Assembly (NCBI GenBank): GCA_965237955.1
Contig: OZ250169.1
Coordinates: forward strand, 5,920,001 to 5,984,000
Length of the DNA: 64,000 nt
Reading direction: 5' to 3'
Origin: Candidatus Marinacidobacterales bacterium
GTDB taxonomy: Bacteria; Acidobacteriota; Vicinamibacteria; Marinacidobacterales; SMYC01
The notes beneath the pieces were generated by a model. The model was not told the DNA's origin. It ran no database searches and saw only the letters and a program-made list of their open reading frames with translations. Below are positions 20,860-30,335 of this stretch, piece by piece; within the stretch, counting starts at the first letter, position 1, and the number at the start of each line of letters is the position of its first letter. The position numbers and the translations under genes were made by a program.

Positions 20860-22032
20860 GCGAGCGAGGGACCACAGCGTCGATGCGATAAAAACGGGTG
20901 AAACCGCCAAACCCGGGGTACCAGACGATGCGGCGCCAAAACGACGCGCGAGAATGCCTCAGGAAGCGTCTTCTCGAGCCAGGCCATACCCCAGCAACCC
21001 CCCGAAACCAGCCCCACATCGCCCGGGGTTCGGCCGCGGCAGGTCGCTGCCTACGGGAGCGGGAAGGTCGCTTCGCGTCTTTCCTTACGCCCGCTCCCTC
21101 CGGCACCGACCTGCCGCCCCTTGCTACACAACACGCAGGTAAGATAGGTTCACGTTTTCAATCAGTGGAAAGGAGGTCACCCAACACTTCATCGCTTCGA
21201 TGAGCGTTCGGCTTCACCGGATTCGCTGTTCAGCTTGCTCTGGATTCGGCGTTCACGATGGCTGGAATACGCAGCGTAGCCTCGATGATCGTCGGTGTAC
21301 ACCTTTGCGCCAGGTTCGGTGCGCTGCACCACGAAGCCCTTGAGCGTGTCGCCGTCCGTACTCTCGATGACCTCGGCGCTGACGCGGTTCGTCTGGCGGT
21401 CCTTCGCGCCGATGACGGCGGTCTTGCCGACGGTGCCGCGTCCCTTGATGACTTGCTCGCGTTTGTGCGCGTGCATGTTCTTGGCTTTGCCACCGATGAA
21501 GGTTTCGTCTATCTCAACCGGCCCGCTGAACGGAAGCCCATCGCGGCCCCATGACTCGCGGATACGATGCGCCAGGTGCCACGCTGTTTTCTGCGTGACC
21601 TCAATGTCTCGGTGGAGCTTCATGCTGGAGGCTCCTTTCAAGTTGGTCGAGAGAAGGTAGAACGCGATCGCCCACTTCTGCAATCCTAGGTTTGACGCTT
21701 CTATGGGCGTCCCCGTTCTGACGCTGAAGTACTTCCGGCAGGCCCCGCAGTAGTAAGGCATCGGCCTGCGATTCTTTCTCGCTTTGACGCGCTCACTGGT
21801 GTCACAGTACGGGCAGGTTACGCCATTGGGCCAGCGAGTCTCAACGAACCAACGTTCGGCAGCGGCATCGTCGGGAAACATGCGGGTGAGTCCTACGAGC
21901 GAAAGACCTTTGCGGTAGTGTTTGCCAGGTGCTGTGTGCGCCATCCGTGTGCCTCCAATAATGGAAGCGTACTACACATAACCTGGCCTGTCAAGCCTTT
22001 TGTGTAGTATCGTATATAATTCCCTTTTCTTG

Positions 22033-23949
22033 ACCCGGCGGGGAACCGGTACGATTTTTCTCGACTACGACAACGATGGCGATCGGGACATCTTCATGGC
22101 GGCGGTGGGAGAGCAGATACTTCTCCAAAACCAGCTTCGACCGGAAGGCCGCCTGGAGTTTATCGATGTGTCGGCCGAAGTGGGAGTCGACCATCGTGCG
22201 GTCGGGTTCAGCCCGGTCGCTGCGGATGTCAACGGAGACGGCCACACCGATATCTACGTTTGCTCCTACAACCTCTATGGCCAAATCATGCCGAACTCAT
22301 GGAGCCGCGCGACAAACGGCACGCCGAACTTGTTGTTCATCAACCAGGGCGACGGTACGTTTCGTGAGGAAGCGCGGACGTGGGGGGCGGCGGACGCTCG
22401 TTGGAGCTACGCCGGCGCGTTCGCGGACGTCGACGGTGACGGGCGGCAAGATCTCTACGTGGCGAACGATTTCGGCGAGAACGCGCTTTTCATGAACCGG
22501 GTTGACCACTTCGAAGACGAGGCGAGCGCCCGCGGTGTCGTGGATCCCGGCAACGGCATGGGGGTGTCGTTTGGCGACTACGACAACGACGGCGACCTGG
22601 ACTTGCACGTGACCAACATGTCGTCGACGGCCGGAAATCGAATCCTCGCCCGACTCATGCCCGAGGCGAGCGCCGACGACGCGGTGTTGAAAAAGCTCGC
22701 CGCGGGCAATTCGCTCTTCGAGAACAACGGTGACGGGACGTTCCAAAACGTTGCTGAGTCTGCTGGCGGTTTCGGCGCGGGGTGGGCGTACGGCGGCGGG
22801 TTCGTCGATTTCGACAACGATGGATGGGAGGATACCTACTCGGTGAACGGATTCGTTTCCGGCAAGACGATGAAGGACACGTGAAGCCTTTTCTGGCGCC
22901 ACGTCGTGGCGTCCGCGAGCGAGCAGGAGGCGGCCGGCAATCGCTCCTACCAGAACGAGCACATGGCTCAGCTTTTCGACGAAGGCATGTCGTTCAGCGG
23001 GTTCGAGCGCAACAACCTCTACCTCGCTCGCGGAGACGGTACCTACGTGGACATCTCGGGCGTCTCCGGACTGGACTCCATCACCGATGGACGCGGACTG
23101 GCGTTCGGAGATTTGGACAACGACGGCGATCTGGACGTGGTGATAACGCCGGTGCAAGAGGTCGCACGGCTGGTCTATCGCAACAACGTCGGGCAGGACA
23201 ACGCGTTCGTCCGCATGACGGTCAAGGGAACGCAATCGGCGAGTGATGCGTTCGGAACCGTATTGCGTCTGGAGACGGAGTTGGGTACGCAGACGCAGAT
23301 CAAAGCCGGAGGTCGCGGATTTCTGTCCTTCAGCGATCCACGGGTTCTCTTCGGCGTGGGGACCGTGAATGCGGAGCCTTATCGTCTCACCGTGCTTTGG
23401 CCTTCCGGCCTCGAGGAGAGCTACGACGTTCGCGCCGGCGACAGCGTTCTCGTGACCGAGAACGAGGGTATGGAGCGCATCAAAGAGAAACCTTTCGAGC
23501 TTCCCGATCCGGAGACGGCGTCTGAGAGAATTCTTCGCACGTTGAACCTCGAACAAGGCGCGCCCTTTCCCACCCTCGCCGGTGTGGGAGCCATGGGAGA
23601 CTCCGGACGGCGGACGCTTCTGAACATCTGGGCGACGTGGTGCGTGCCTTGCTCGGTAGAGATGCCCGAGCTCGAGCGCGCCTATCCTGCGCTGCAAGCG
23701 GCGGGGATCGATCTCATCGGCCTCAGTGTCGACACCGCGCCGGAAGGCGTGCCCGGCTATCTGGAGGCGAAAGGGATCACGTACCCGAACTTCGTCGTTG
23801 CCGAAGACGATTTCCCCAAGATCTTCAAGGGCGACGCGCTCACGGTTCCGCTCACGGTACTCCTCGACGAAGCGGGTCTCGTGGTAGAAGCGTATTCGGG
23901 CTGGAGTACTGACACCCGCGCCAAGATCGACGCTTTAGCGCAACAATAA
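22033..23949 (+). pseudogene. 3' part of the FG-GAP/ASPIC-UnbV-TlpA protein with in-frame TGA at 22882-22884 (candidate Sec)
   Basis: DxDxDG repeats, ASPIC/UnbV-type region (GFLSFSDPRVLFGVG...VLWPSG), C-terminal WATWCVPC; ORFs 22000 and 22906 share one frame separated only by TGA. Confidence 0.85.
22895..22913 (+). promoter_or_regulatory. SECIS-like hairpin
   Basis: GGCGCCAC-GTC-GTGGCGTC 8-bp stem, G-first loop starting 18 nt after TGA. Confidence 0.6.
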
Positions 23950-24000
23950 ATGCTCGGCTCGCGACGCGAGTCGCACCGACTCACGGCCGCTATGTGCAAG

Positions 24001-24135
24001 CAGAAGCCTTTGGTCATCGGCCGCAAGCCTTTTGGCAGAATCGCCATCGCCAACTCGGATGCCGGCGCTTCGGCCACTACCAAATAGGCCATCGACCAAG
24101 CATGGCGTGCGGTACGGGAAACGTTGAGCTCCTAG
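24001..24135 (+). pseudogene. C-terminal remnant of a spermidine-dehydrogenase-like FAD oxidoreductase
   Basis: Translates QKPLVIGRKPFGRIAIANSDAGASATTK*AIDQAWRAVRETLSS*. Confidence 0.6.
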
Positions 24136-24191
24136 AATCAAGCAGAGCCTGGGCGCGCTAGTTGGTCCCGATGCGATATAGTCTTTTTTTA

Positions 24192-27075
24192 ATGTCGGGC
24201 AAGCAGGTTTTTCTCAGCTATTCCCTCGAGGATATCGAAATGGCTCGGCACGTGGTTCGTGCCATCGAAGCTCGCGGTTGGCCCATTTCCTGGGAGCGGT
24301 ACGACGACCCCGACGCGATTGCAACCCTTGCGCTCCGTGAAGCGCTGACCGCTTCCGATTGCGTCGTCGTGCTGTGGTCGGCGCATTCGGTCGACTCCGA
24401 AGCGATTCGTGAGGAGGCGAGCTCCGCGAGAAGTCGAGGTGCTCTCGTCCAGGGGACGCTCGACGATGCCGCGGTACCCATGCCGTTCGTGCTCGACGAG
24501 CCGACCCCTCTCACCGATGAGTGGAGTGTGACGACGTTGGTGCAGCAGATCGCGCGCGTTCTCCACGACGAGGCCACTACGCTTTCGAGAGAATCGCAGG
24601 AGCGGACGCCGAACGCCGAAGTACGACTCGAAGCGCGTGTGCTCGATATTGCGGAACAGCATGCCGACGCCGGTGAGCTCGACAAAGCCATCACCGCCTA
24701 CGAGCGCTGGATCGAGTGTTTCGGTTCAGCTGGAACATGACAGTCCTGAAGTTAAAATACGCACATGGAAAAAGGAGCTGTCATGAGCAAAGGTCGTCGT
24801 CGTCACACTGCGGAGCAAAAGGCAGAGCTGTTGCGCCAGCACGTTGCCGAGAAAAAGCCGGTCTCGGAGGTATGCAACGAGGCAGAAATCCAGCCGAGCC
24901 TGTTCTACACATGGCAAAGGGAGCTATTGGCTGGAGCCCATACGGTGTTTTCGTTCCGTCGTGCGCCGAGCCGTGAGAAGGAGCTAGAGGAGAAGCTCTC
25001 CCGTCTCGAGGCGAAGGTGGCCCGTAAGGATCAGATCATCGCTGAGGTGACCGAAGAGTACGTGACACTCAAAAAAAAACTTGGGGAAGCCTGAGTGGTG
25101 CCTGGATTCCCCATGACCGTCGTGACGAGGTTGTCGACTTCGTGAACACAATCGCCACCAAGACCCAGCTTCCGGTCCAGCAGATCGTTCAGTGGTGCGG
25201 GATCGCTCGGGGCAAGTTCTACGACTGGCGCAAGCGGTACGGGAAGGTGAATGAGCACAACGGCCTGGTGCCGCGGGATCACTGGATCGAAGAATGGGAG
25301 CGCCAGTCCGTGATCGACTACTTCGACTGCCACCCACTGGACGGGTATCGCCGACTCACGTTCATGATGCTGGACGAAGACGTGGTGGCAGTTAGCCCCT
25401 CGACGACGTACCGGGTGTTGTCGAAGGCGGGTCGTCTGGACCGTTGGAACCCGAAGCCGTCGAAGAAGGGAACGGGCTTCGTTCAGCCGCTGCGAGCGCA
25501 CCAGCACTGGCACACGGATATCTCGTACTTGAACCTGGGTGGGACGTTCTACTACCTCTGCTCGTTTCTGGATGGTGCGAGCCGCGCGGTGGTTCACTGG
25601 GAGATTCGTGAGTCGATGACGGAAGCGGATGTGGAGTGCATCTTGGAGCGAGCAAAGGAGCGGTACCCCGATGCGCGGCCTCGAATCATCTCGGACAACG
25701 GTCCGCAGTACATCGCGAAGGACTTCAAGGCATTCATCCGCATCTCAGGGATGACGCACGTGAGGACCGCGCCGTACTACTCGCAATCGAACGGGAAGAT
25801 CGAGCGTTGGCACAAGACGATAAAATCGGACGCCCTGCGTCCTGCCAGCCCCACGAGCCTCGAAGAGGCTCGCCGCTTGATGGAACGATTCGTCGAATAT
25901 TACAACGGGGTTCGCCTGCACAGCGCGATCGGCTACATTGCGCCGCTGGACTTCATGGATGGCAAGGCCACCCAGATCTGGTCGGAGCGAGACCGCAAAC
26001 TCGAGCAGGCTCGGAAGCTGCGGCGTGAGCGCCGTGCGAACAAGGTGCCCGCATGAACACTCTGATCCCAGGAGCCCCACTCCGTTCCCTCTCGCCCACA
26101 AGCATTGAGTACCAGAGAGCGCAGGGGGCGTCAAGGGCGGCGAAGCCGGCGCGCGCAGCGCGCTTTACCCTTGACGCCCCCGAGCACTCTGGTACGATCC
26201 CTGGGGCGATAGGGGACATCCTGCCGCCGGGCGTTGCGTTAACGTCCAACCTCGCTGTCATCTTCACGCTGAACCAATACACGAGGAGAAAGCCGATGAC
26301 ATGAAGGCGGTGCGCCGGCTGGGCGATCTCTACCTCGCGTCGGATCGCGATCAAGACGCCGCAGCCCAATACGAGCACGTTGCCGAGCACTACGCAACCG
26401 CCGGGTTTCTCGTGCCCGCGATCGAGACTTACAAGCGCATGGTCGAGCTCACACCTGACAACGAGGCGTTTTCCGCTCGTCTCGCCGCGCTCGTCGAGGA
26501 GAAGGAGCTCCAAACGACGAATACTCAACGGGCGATGTCCTCCGTCCAATTCACTCTCACCGCGCCGCCGTACGTGAGAGCCGGAGAAACCTTCTCCCTC
26601 GACGTGTGGGCGCATCGTGAAGACGACCGCGCCGAGGTAACGAAGCGTCTCGATGAAGGCTACGGGCGCGACAAGTCCGAGGCGGTCGCGGGACCTGCCC
26701 TCACCGCCCGGGTGCACATCGATGGCCTCGACATCAGAAGCTCCGAGATGAGTCTGAGGTGGGACCGGGGCCTCGGGACGGGAACGTTTCAGGTCTCAAC
26801 TACGGCAGCGACCGTTCCCGGAGCACGTACCGGCGTCGTTGGCATCTACTTTCTCGGACTCCAAATCGCGCGGATCCACTTTCTAGTCCCGATCGGGGAT
26901 AGGACCGCTCCTCGCGAAATCATCCCGTCCCGCCAGGACCGCCACACACGTGCCTTGGCCTGTTTCGCCCCCGAGGATCGCGACGCCGTCGAAGCTCGCA
27001 TCCGCTCCTTCGAGCAAGCGGCTCCGGGGGTCGATGTGTCTCTCGACGCCATCGAGCTGCGCGGGAGGGAAAATG
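24192..27075 (+). pseudogene. TIR-TPR multidomain protein interrupted by IS3 and truncated in a second TIR-like domain
   Basis: VFLSYSLED...DCVVVLWSAHSVDS TIR motifs; rejoins in frame ERWIE|EKADDMKAVRRLGDLY; ends abruptly after ACFAPEDRDAV...VSLD. Confidence 0.75.
24717..26281 (+). mobile_element. IS3-family element (orfA 24783-25094, orfB to 26056, -1 frameshift at A9C 25071-25080)
   Basis: TG...CA ends with IR (TGTTTCGGTTCAGC/GCTGAACCAATACA), 4-bp DR CGAG, DDE motifs WHTDISY, SDNGPQY, NGKIERW. Confidence 0.93.
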
Positions 27076-27079
27076 GGCT

Positions 27080-27670
27080 GTCCGTGGACTCTTCACCAAC
27101 GAAGCGGGCCTCGGAAGCGCCCCGATCGTACATGCGGCGGCGGTAACCGATCACCCGGTGCGTCAAGCCTTGTACGGTATCTTCGAAGTGTTCATCGACA
27201 CGTTCGTGGTCTGCGTCGCTACCGGTCTCGTGATTTTGACGACCGGTGCGTGGGAGGAAGGCCTCACCGGCGCCGCGCTCTCGGCGAGAGGGTTCGAGCT
27301 GGGACTTCCGGGAGCGTGGGGTCACGGCATCGTGACAATAGGTGTGCTCCTGTTTGCGTTCTCGACGCTGATCGGGTGGTCGTTCTACGGTGAGACTGCC
27401 GCCGTGTACCTGCTCGGCCGCAAGGCCGTGCTTCCGTATCGACTCCTGTGGAAATAGGGGCCATTTGGATCGGTGCGACCGGAAGCCTGCAGCTCGTGTG
27501 GCAGGTCTCGGACACGCTCAACGGGTTGATGGCAGTGCCAAACCTGATCGCGATTCTCGGCTCGTTGGCATTGATCCGAAAGCTCATCAAGGAGTTCTTC
27601 AGCGGGGCGTACTCTCGCTCATGATGTCGGTGAGGAAGATGAAGAGGAAGTCGACACAAACAGAATCGTG
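27080..27670 (+). pseudogene. C-terminal remnant of an alanine/glycine:cation symporter (AlsT/AGCS family)
   Basis: VRGLFTNEAGLGSAPIVHAAA, EVFIDTFVVC, FAFSTLIGWSFYGE; frameshift near 27455 then DTLNGLMAVPNLIAI; 5' part absent. Confidence 0.85.
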
Positions 27671-27683
27671 AGGAGTACCTTTT

Positions 27684-28484
27684 TCACGAGGAACCTTCTT
27701 TCGTTGGGCGCGGTTGCCTGTGCTCTCCGAGGATCCAGCTGGGTTTCGGCTCCCACTCGAGACCGAACTTCGTTCGTGCCGATTGTAAAACTCGCGAGAC
27801 GGCCTCCTCCGGCGAGTCCGTGATGGTGAGACGATCGACGTCTTCCTGGTCGATCGTCCCTTCGCGAACCATTTTCTCCTCGAGCAACTTGATAAGCGGG
27901 CGCCAGTAGTCTTCACCCATGATGACGATAGGGAAGTCTTTCATCTTGCCGGTTTGAATCAAGGTGGCTGTCTCGAAAATCTCGTCCATCGTTCCGAAGC
28001 CTCCCGGAAGCACGATGAACGCATAGGAGTACTTCACCAGCATGACCTTGCGGACGAAGAAGTAGTGAAACTCCACCATGACGTCGAGATACGGGTTGCC
28101 CGCCTGCTGTGAGGTAGCTGGATGCTGCAGCCGACCGAGTTCCCGCCACCTTCCTTGGCACCCCGATTTTGCGGCCTCCATGATGCCAGGGCCGCCTCCG
28201 GTCATGGTCGTGAAGCCCGTGCGGGCTAACCGTTCACCGACCTTCCGGGCCATTTGATACTAGCGGTGGGTCTCGTCGAAGCGCGCCGATCCGAAAACCG
28301 TGACCGCCGGGCCCACGAAGTGGAGCGTCCGAAAACAGCGAATGAACTCCCACGCGATGCGAAGGGTGCGGACGAACTCGGAGCGTCGGGATTCGGGGCC
28401 GGCGAGGAAGCGGCCTTCTTCGACCGTCCCCGAGCCCCGCTCGAACAAATCTTCGGGATGGCGTTTCGGTGCAGGTTCGTTCAT
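27684..28484 (-). pseudogene. LOG/TIGR00730-type Rossmann-fold protein with nonsense codon and compensating frameshifts
   Basis: VTVFGSAR, TGGGPGIMEAA, FFVRKVMLVKYS, PGGFGTMDE; TAG at 28260-28262. Confidence 0.85.
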
Positions 28485-28531
28485 GATGGTGTGCTCGACG
28501 AGAGTATCATGCCAATTTCGTGGAGGTAGCT

Positions 28532-29275
28532 TTGACGACGAACGTGGTGCTTTACGAATCCAAGAACAACATAGCTGTCATCACCCTGAATCGCCCCGAA
28601 AAGCTCAACGCGATGAACGACGATATGTGGGGAGCTCTCGAGGCCACGTGGCGCCGTTTCAACAACAGTGAAGATAAAGTCGCCATTATCACCGCGGCGG
28701 GGGACAAGGCGTTTTGCGTCGGCGCCGACTTGTCGAGCCCGTCTCTCGACGTGTGGCGCGCGATTCCCGGTCATATCGTCGACGTCGAAAAGCCGATCGT
28801 GGCGGCGGTGTTCGGACATTGTCTCGGCGGCGGGTTAGGGTTGGTGCAATTCGCCGACATTTGCGTCGCGGCCGAGGGGGCTCGGTTCGCGTTTCCGGAA
28901 GCGAAGGTGGGGCTCGCCATCGGGGCCGCGAGCTCGTTGGTGGCGCGCATCCCCCACAAGATCGCGATGGAGCTCATGCTGACGGGTGACCCGATCTCGG
29001 CGGAGCGCGCGTACGAGGCAGGTCTCATCAACAAAGTCGTTCCCCGCGATGAGCTGATGCCGACAGCCACGGCCTACGCGGAACGTATCGTCGAGAACGC
29101 GCCGCTTGTCCTCGGTATGCTCAAGCGCTACGCCCATGAAGTCATGCCCAAAGGGCCGGTCGAGACGTCCGCGCTCTGGCGGCGCGGTCCCGAAATGATC
29201 TTTTCGAGCCGGGACGCCGAAGAGGGAGTTGCCGCGTTTCGAGAGAAGCGGAAACCGAAGTTCATCGGCATCTAA
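28532..29275 (+). CDS. Enoyl-CoA hydratase/isomerase family protein
   Basis: ITLNRPEKLNA, AFCVGADL, GHCLGGG, FPEAKVG. Confidence 0.93.
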   Translation: MTTNVVLYESKNNIAVITLNRPEKLNAMNDDMWGALEATWRRFNNSEDKVAIITAAGDKAFCVGADLSSPSLDVWRAIPGHIVDVEKPIVAAVFGHCLGGGLGLVQFADICVAAEGARFAFPEAKVGLAIGAASSLVARIPHKIAMELMLTGDPISAERAYEAGLINKVVPRDELMPTATAYAERIVENAPLVLGMLKRYAHEVMPKGPVETSALWRRGPEMIFSSRDAEEGVAAFREKRKPKFIGI

Positions 29276-29278
29276 CGG

Positions 29279-30187
29279 CTATTGCAGGAGGATGGCGACG
29301 CCGGCGATGGCGAGGACCGTCCCCGCGACGGCGCGAAACGTGATCGGCTCCCGGAACACGACCCGTCCGATCGGCAGAAGGAAAAGAGGCGTCAGACTCA
29401 TTAGCGTCGACGCCACGCCCAGCGGAGCGCGCTCGATGGCGACGAGGGACAACCATACGCCGGCAATCGGACCGGCGAGCGCGCCGAGGACGGTGAGAGC
29501 CGAAGCCTCTCGGTTGTGGATCCACATATGAAGGGTCTGTCGAGCGCGTCCGGAAAGCGCCGTCACCAGCCACACGGCCGTGGCGGCCGCTAGGAGGCGG
29601 ATCCAGTTCGCCGCCTGGGTTGAAGCGCCTTGGCTCAAGCCCACCTTCGCGGTGACGAGACCAAGGGCCTGGCCGAAGGCACCACCGAGCGCGAACAGAA
29701 GCTCCCAACCGCGTCCCTGGTGGTCATGACCACTGCTTTGGGCGGCTCGTTTTTTCGGAGCGGTCACGACCCAGGCCACGCCGAAAAGCGTCACCGCAAT
29801 GCCGGATATCTCGAAGCTCGACAGTGTTTCACTGAGAAAGACCCAGCCGAGACCTGCCGCGATCGCAGGCACCAGCGCGAAAATGAGCATCGACAGCGCG
29901 GGCCCAATCAAGACGTAAGCACGGAACAGAAGGTCATCGCCGAAGGCCAGCCCGATGATGCCTGAGGCGGCGAGCCACATCCATACGGAGTTCGACAGAC
30001 CGGCGGGGATGAGCTCGCCTCGCGTCACCCAGTAGATCACGATCGCGATGAGCGCCGCCACGAGCAGGCGCGAGCGGTTGACCGCGGACGCCCCTGCGCG
30101 GCGCCCGGCTATCGCAAAGAGTGTGGACGAGATCGCGAAAAACACGGCCGTCCCGATGGCCGCGATCTCGCCCGTCAAGGATTCCAA
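29279..30187 (-). CDS. DMT/EamA-family membrane transporter
   Basis: About 10 hydrophobic helices in two repeats, FLSETLS and FREPIT motifs. Confidence 0.88.
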   Translation of the reverse strand: MESLTGEIAAIGTAVFFAISSTLFAIAGRRAGASAVNRSRLLVAALIAIVIYWVTRGELIPAGLSNSVWMWLAASGIIGLAFGDDLLFRAYVLIGPALSMLIFALVPAIAAGLGWVFLSETLSSFEISGIAVTLFGVAWVVTAPKKRAAQSSGHDHQGRGWELLFALGGAFGQALGLVTAKVGLSQGASTQAANWIRLLAAATAVWLVTALSGRARQTLHMWIHNREASALTVLGALAGPIAGVWLSLVAIERAPLGVASTLMSLTPLFLLPIGRVVFREPITFRAVAGTVLAIAGVAILLQ

Positions 30188-30335
30188 ATTGTCGAGCTCT
30201 TCAGCGGACTATGGGAGGCAATTTGGAAGAAGTGGAGCATAGGCGCCATGGTAGGATACAGCACACTGGAGGATACCGCTTCCCGCCCTCACAGGCCCGA
30301 TGAGACTCGCCCCCCGCGTACTGGCTTGGGGAGTG

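Larger units (their letters stand above)
18331..21273 (+). mobile_element. IS21-family element
   Basis: TG...CA ends (TGCGTATTCC.../...GGAATACGCA), 8-bp DR GCGTAGCC at 18323-18330 and 21274-21281, istA-istB pair. Confidence 0.95.
18034..21944 (-). pseudogene. IS1595-family transposase (~319 aa) split by IS21
   Basis: Zn ribbon CPYC/CGAC, VEIDETFIGG, VYTD, HTNGIESFWAMLKRG, YVDEF; halves rejoin in frame as DHRGYA|GLPNHET. Confidence 0.93.
14808..22024 (-). mobile_element. IS1595-family element with passenger genes, containing nested IS630 and IS21
   Basis: 23-bp IRs GGGAATTATATAC(T/G)ATACTACAC at 14808-14830 and 22002-22024; 8-bp DR TTTTCTTG at 14800-14807 and 22025-22032. Confidence 0.93.

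Noticed and set aside
28260-28262. In-frame TAG as pyrrolysine or read-through
   Set aside because: It falls at a position where Tyr would fit, in a gene that also has frameshifts; no pyl context
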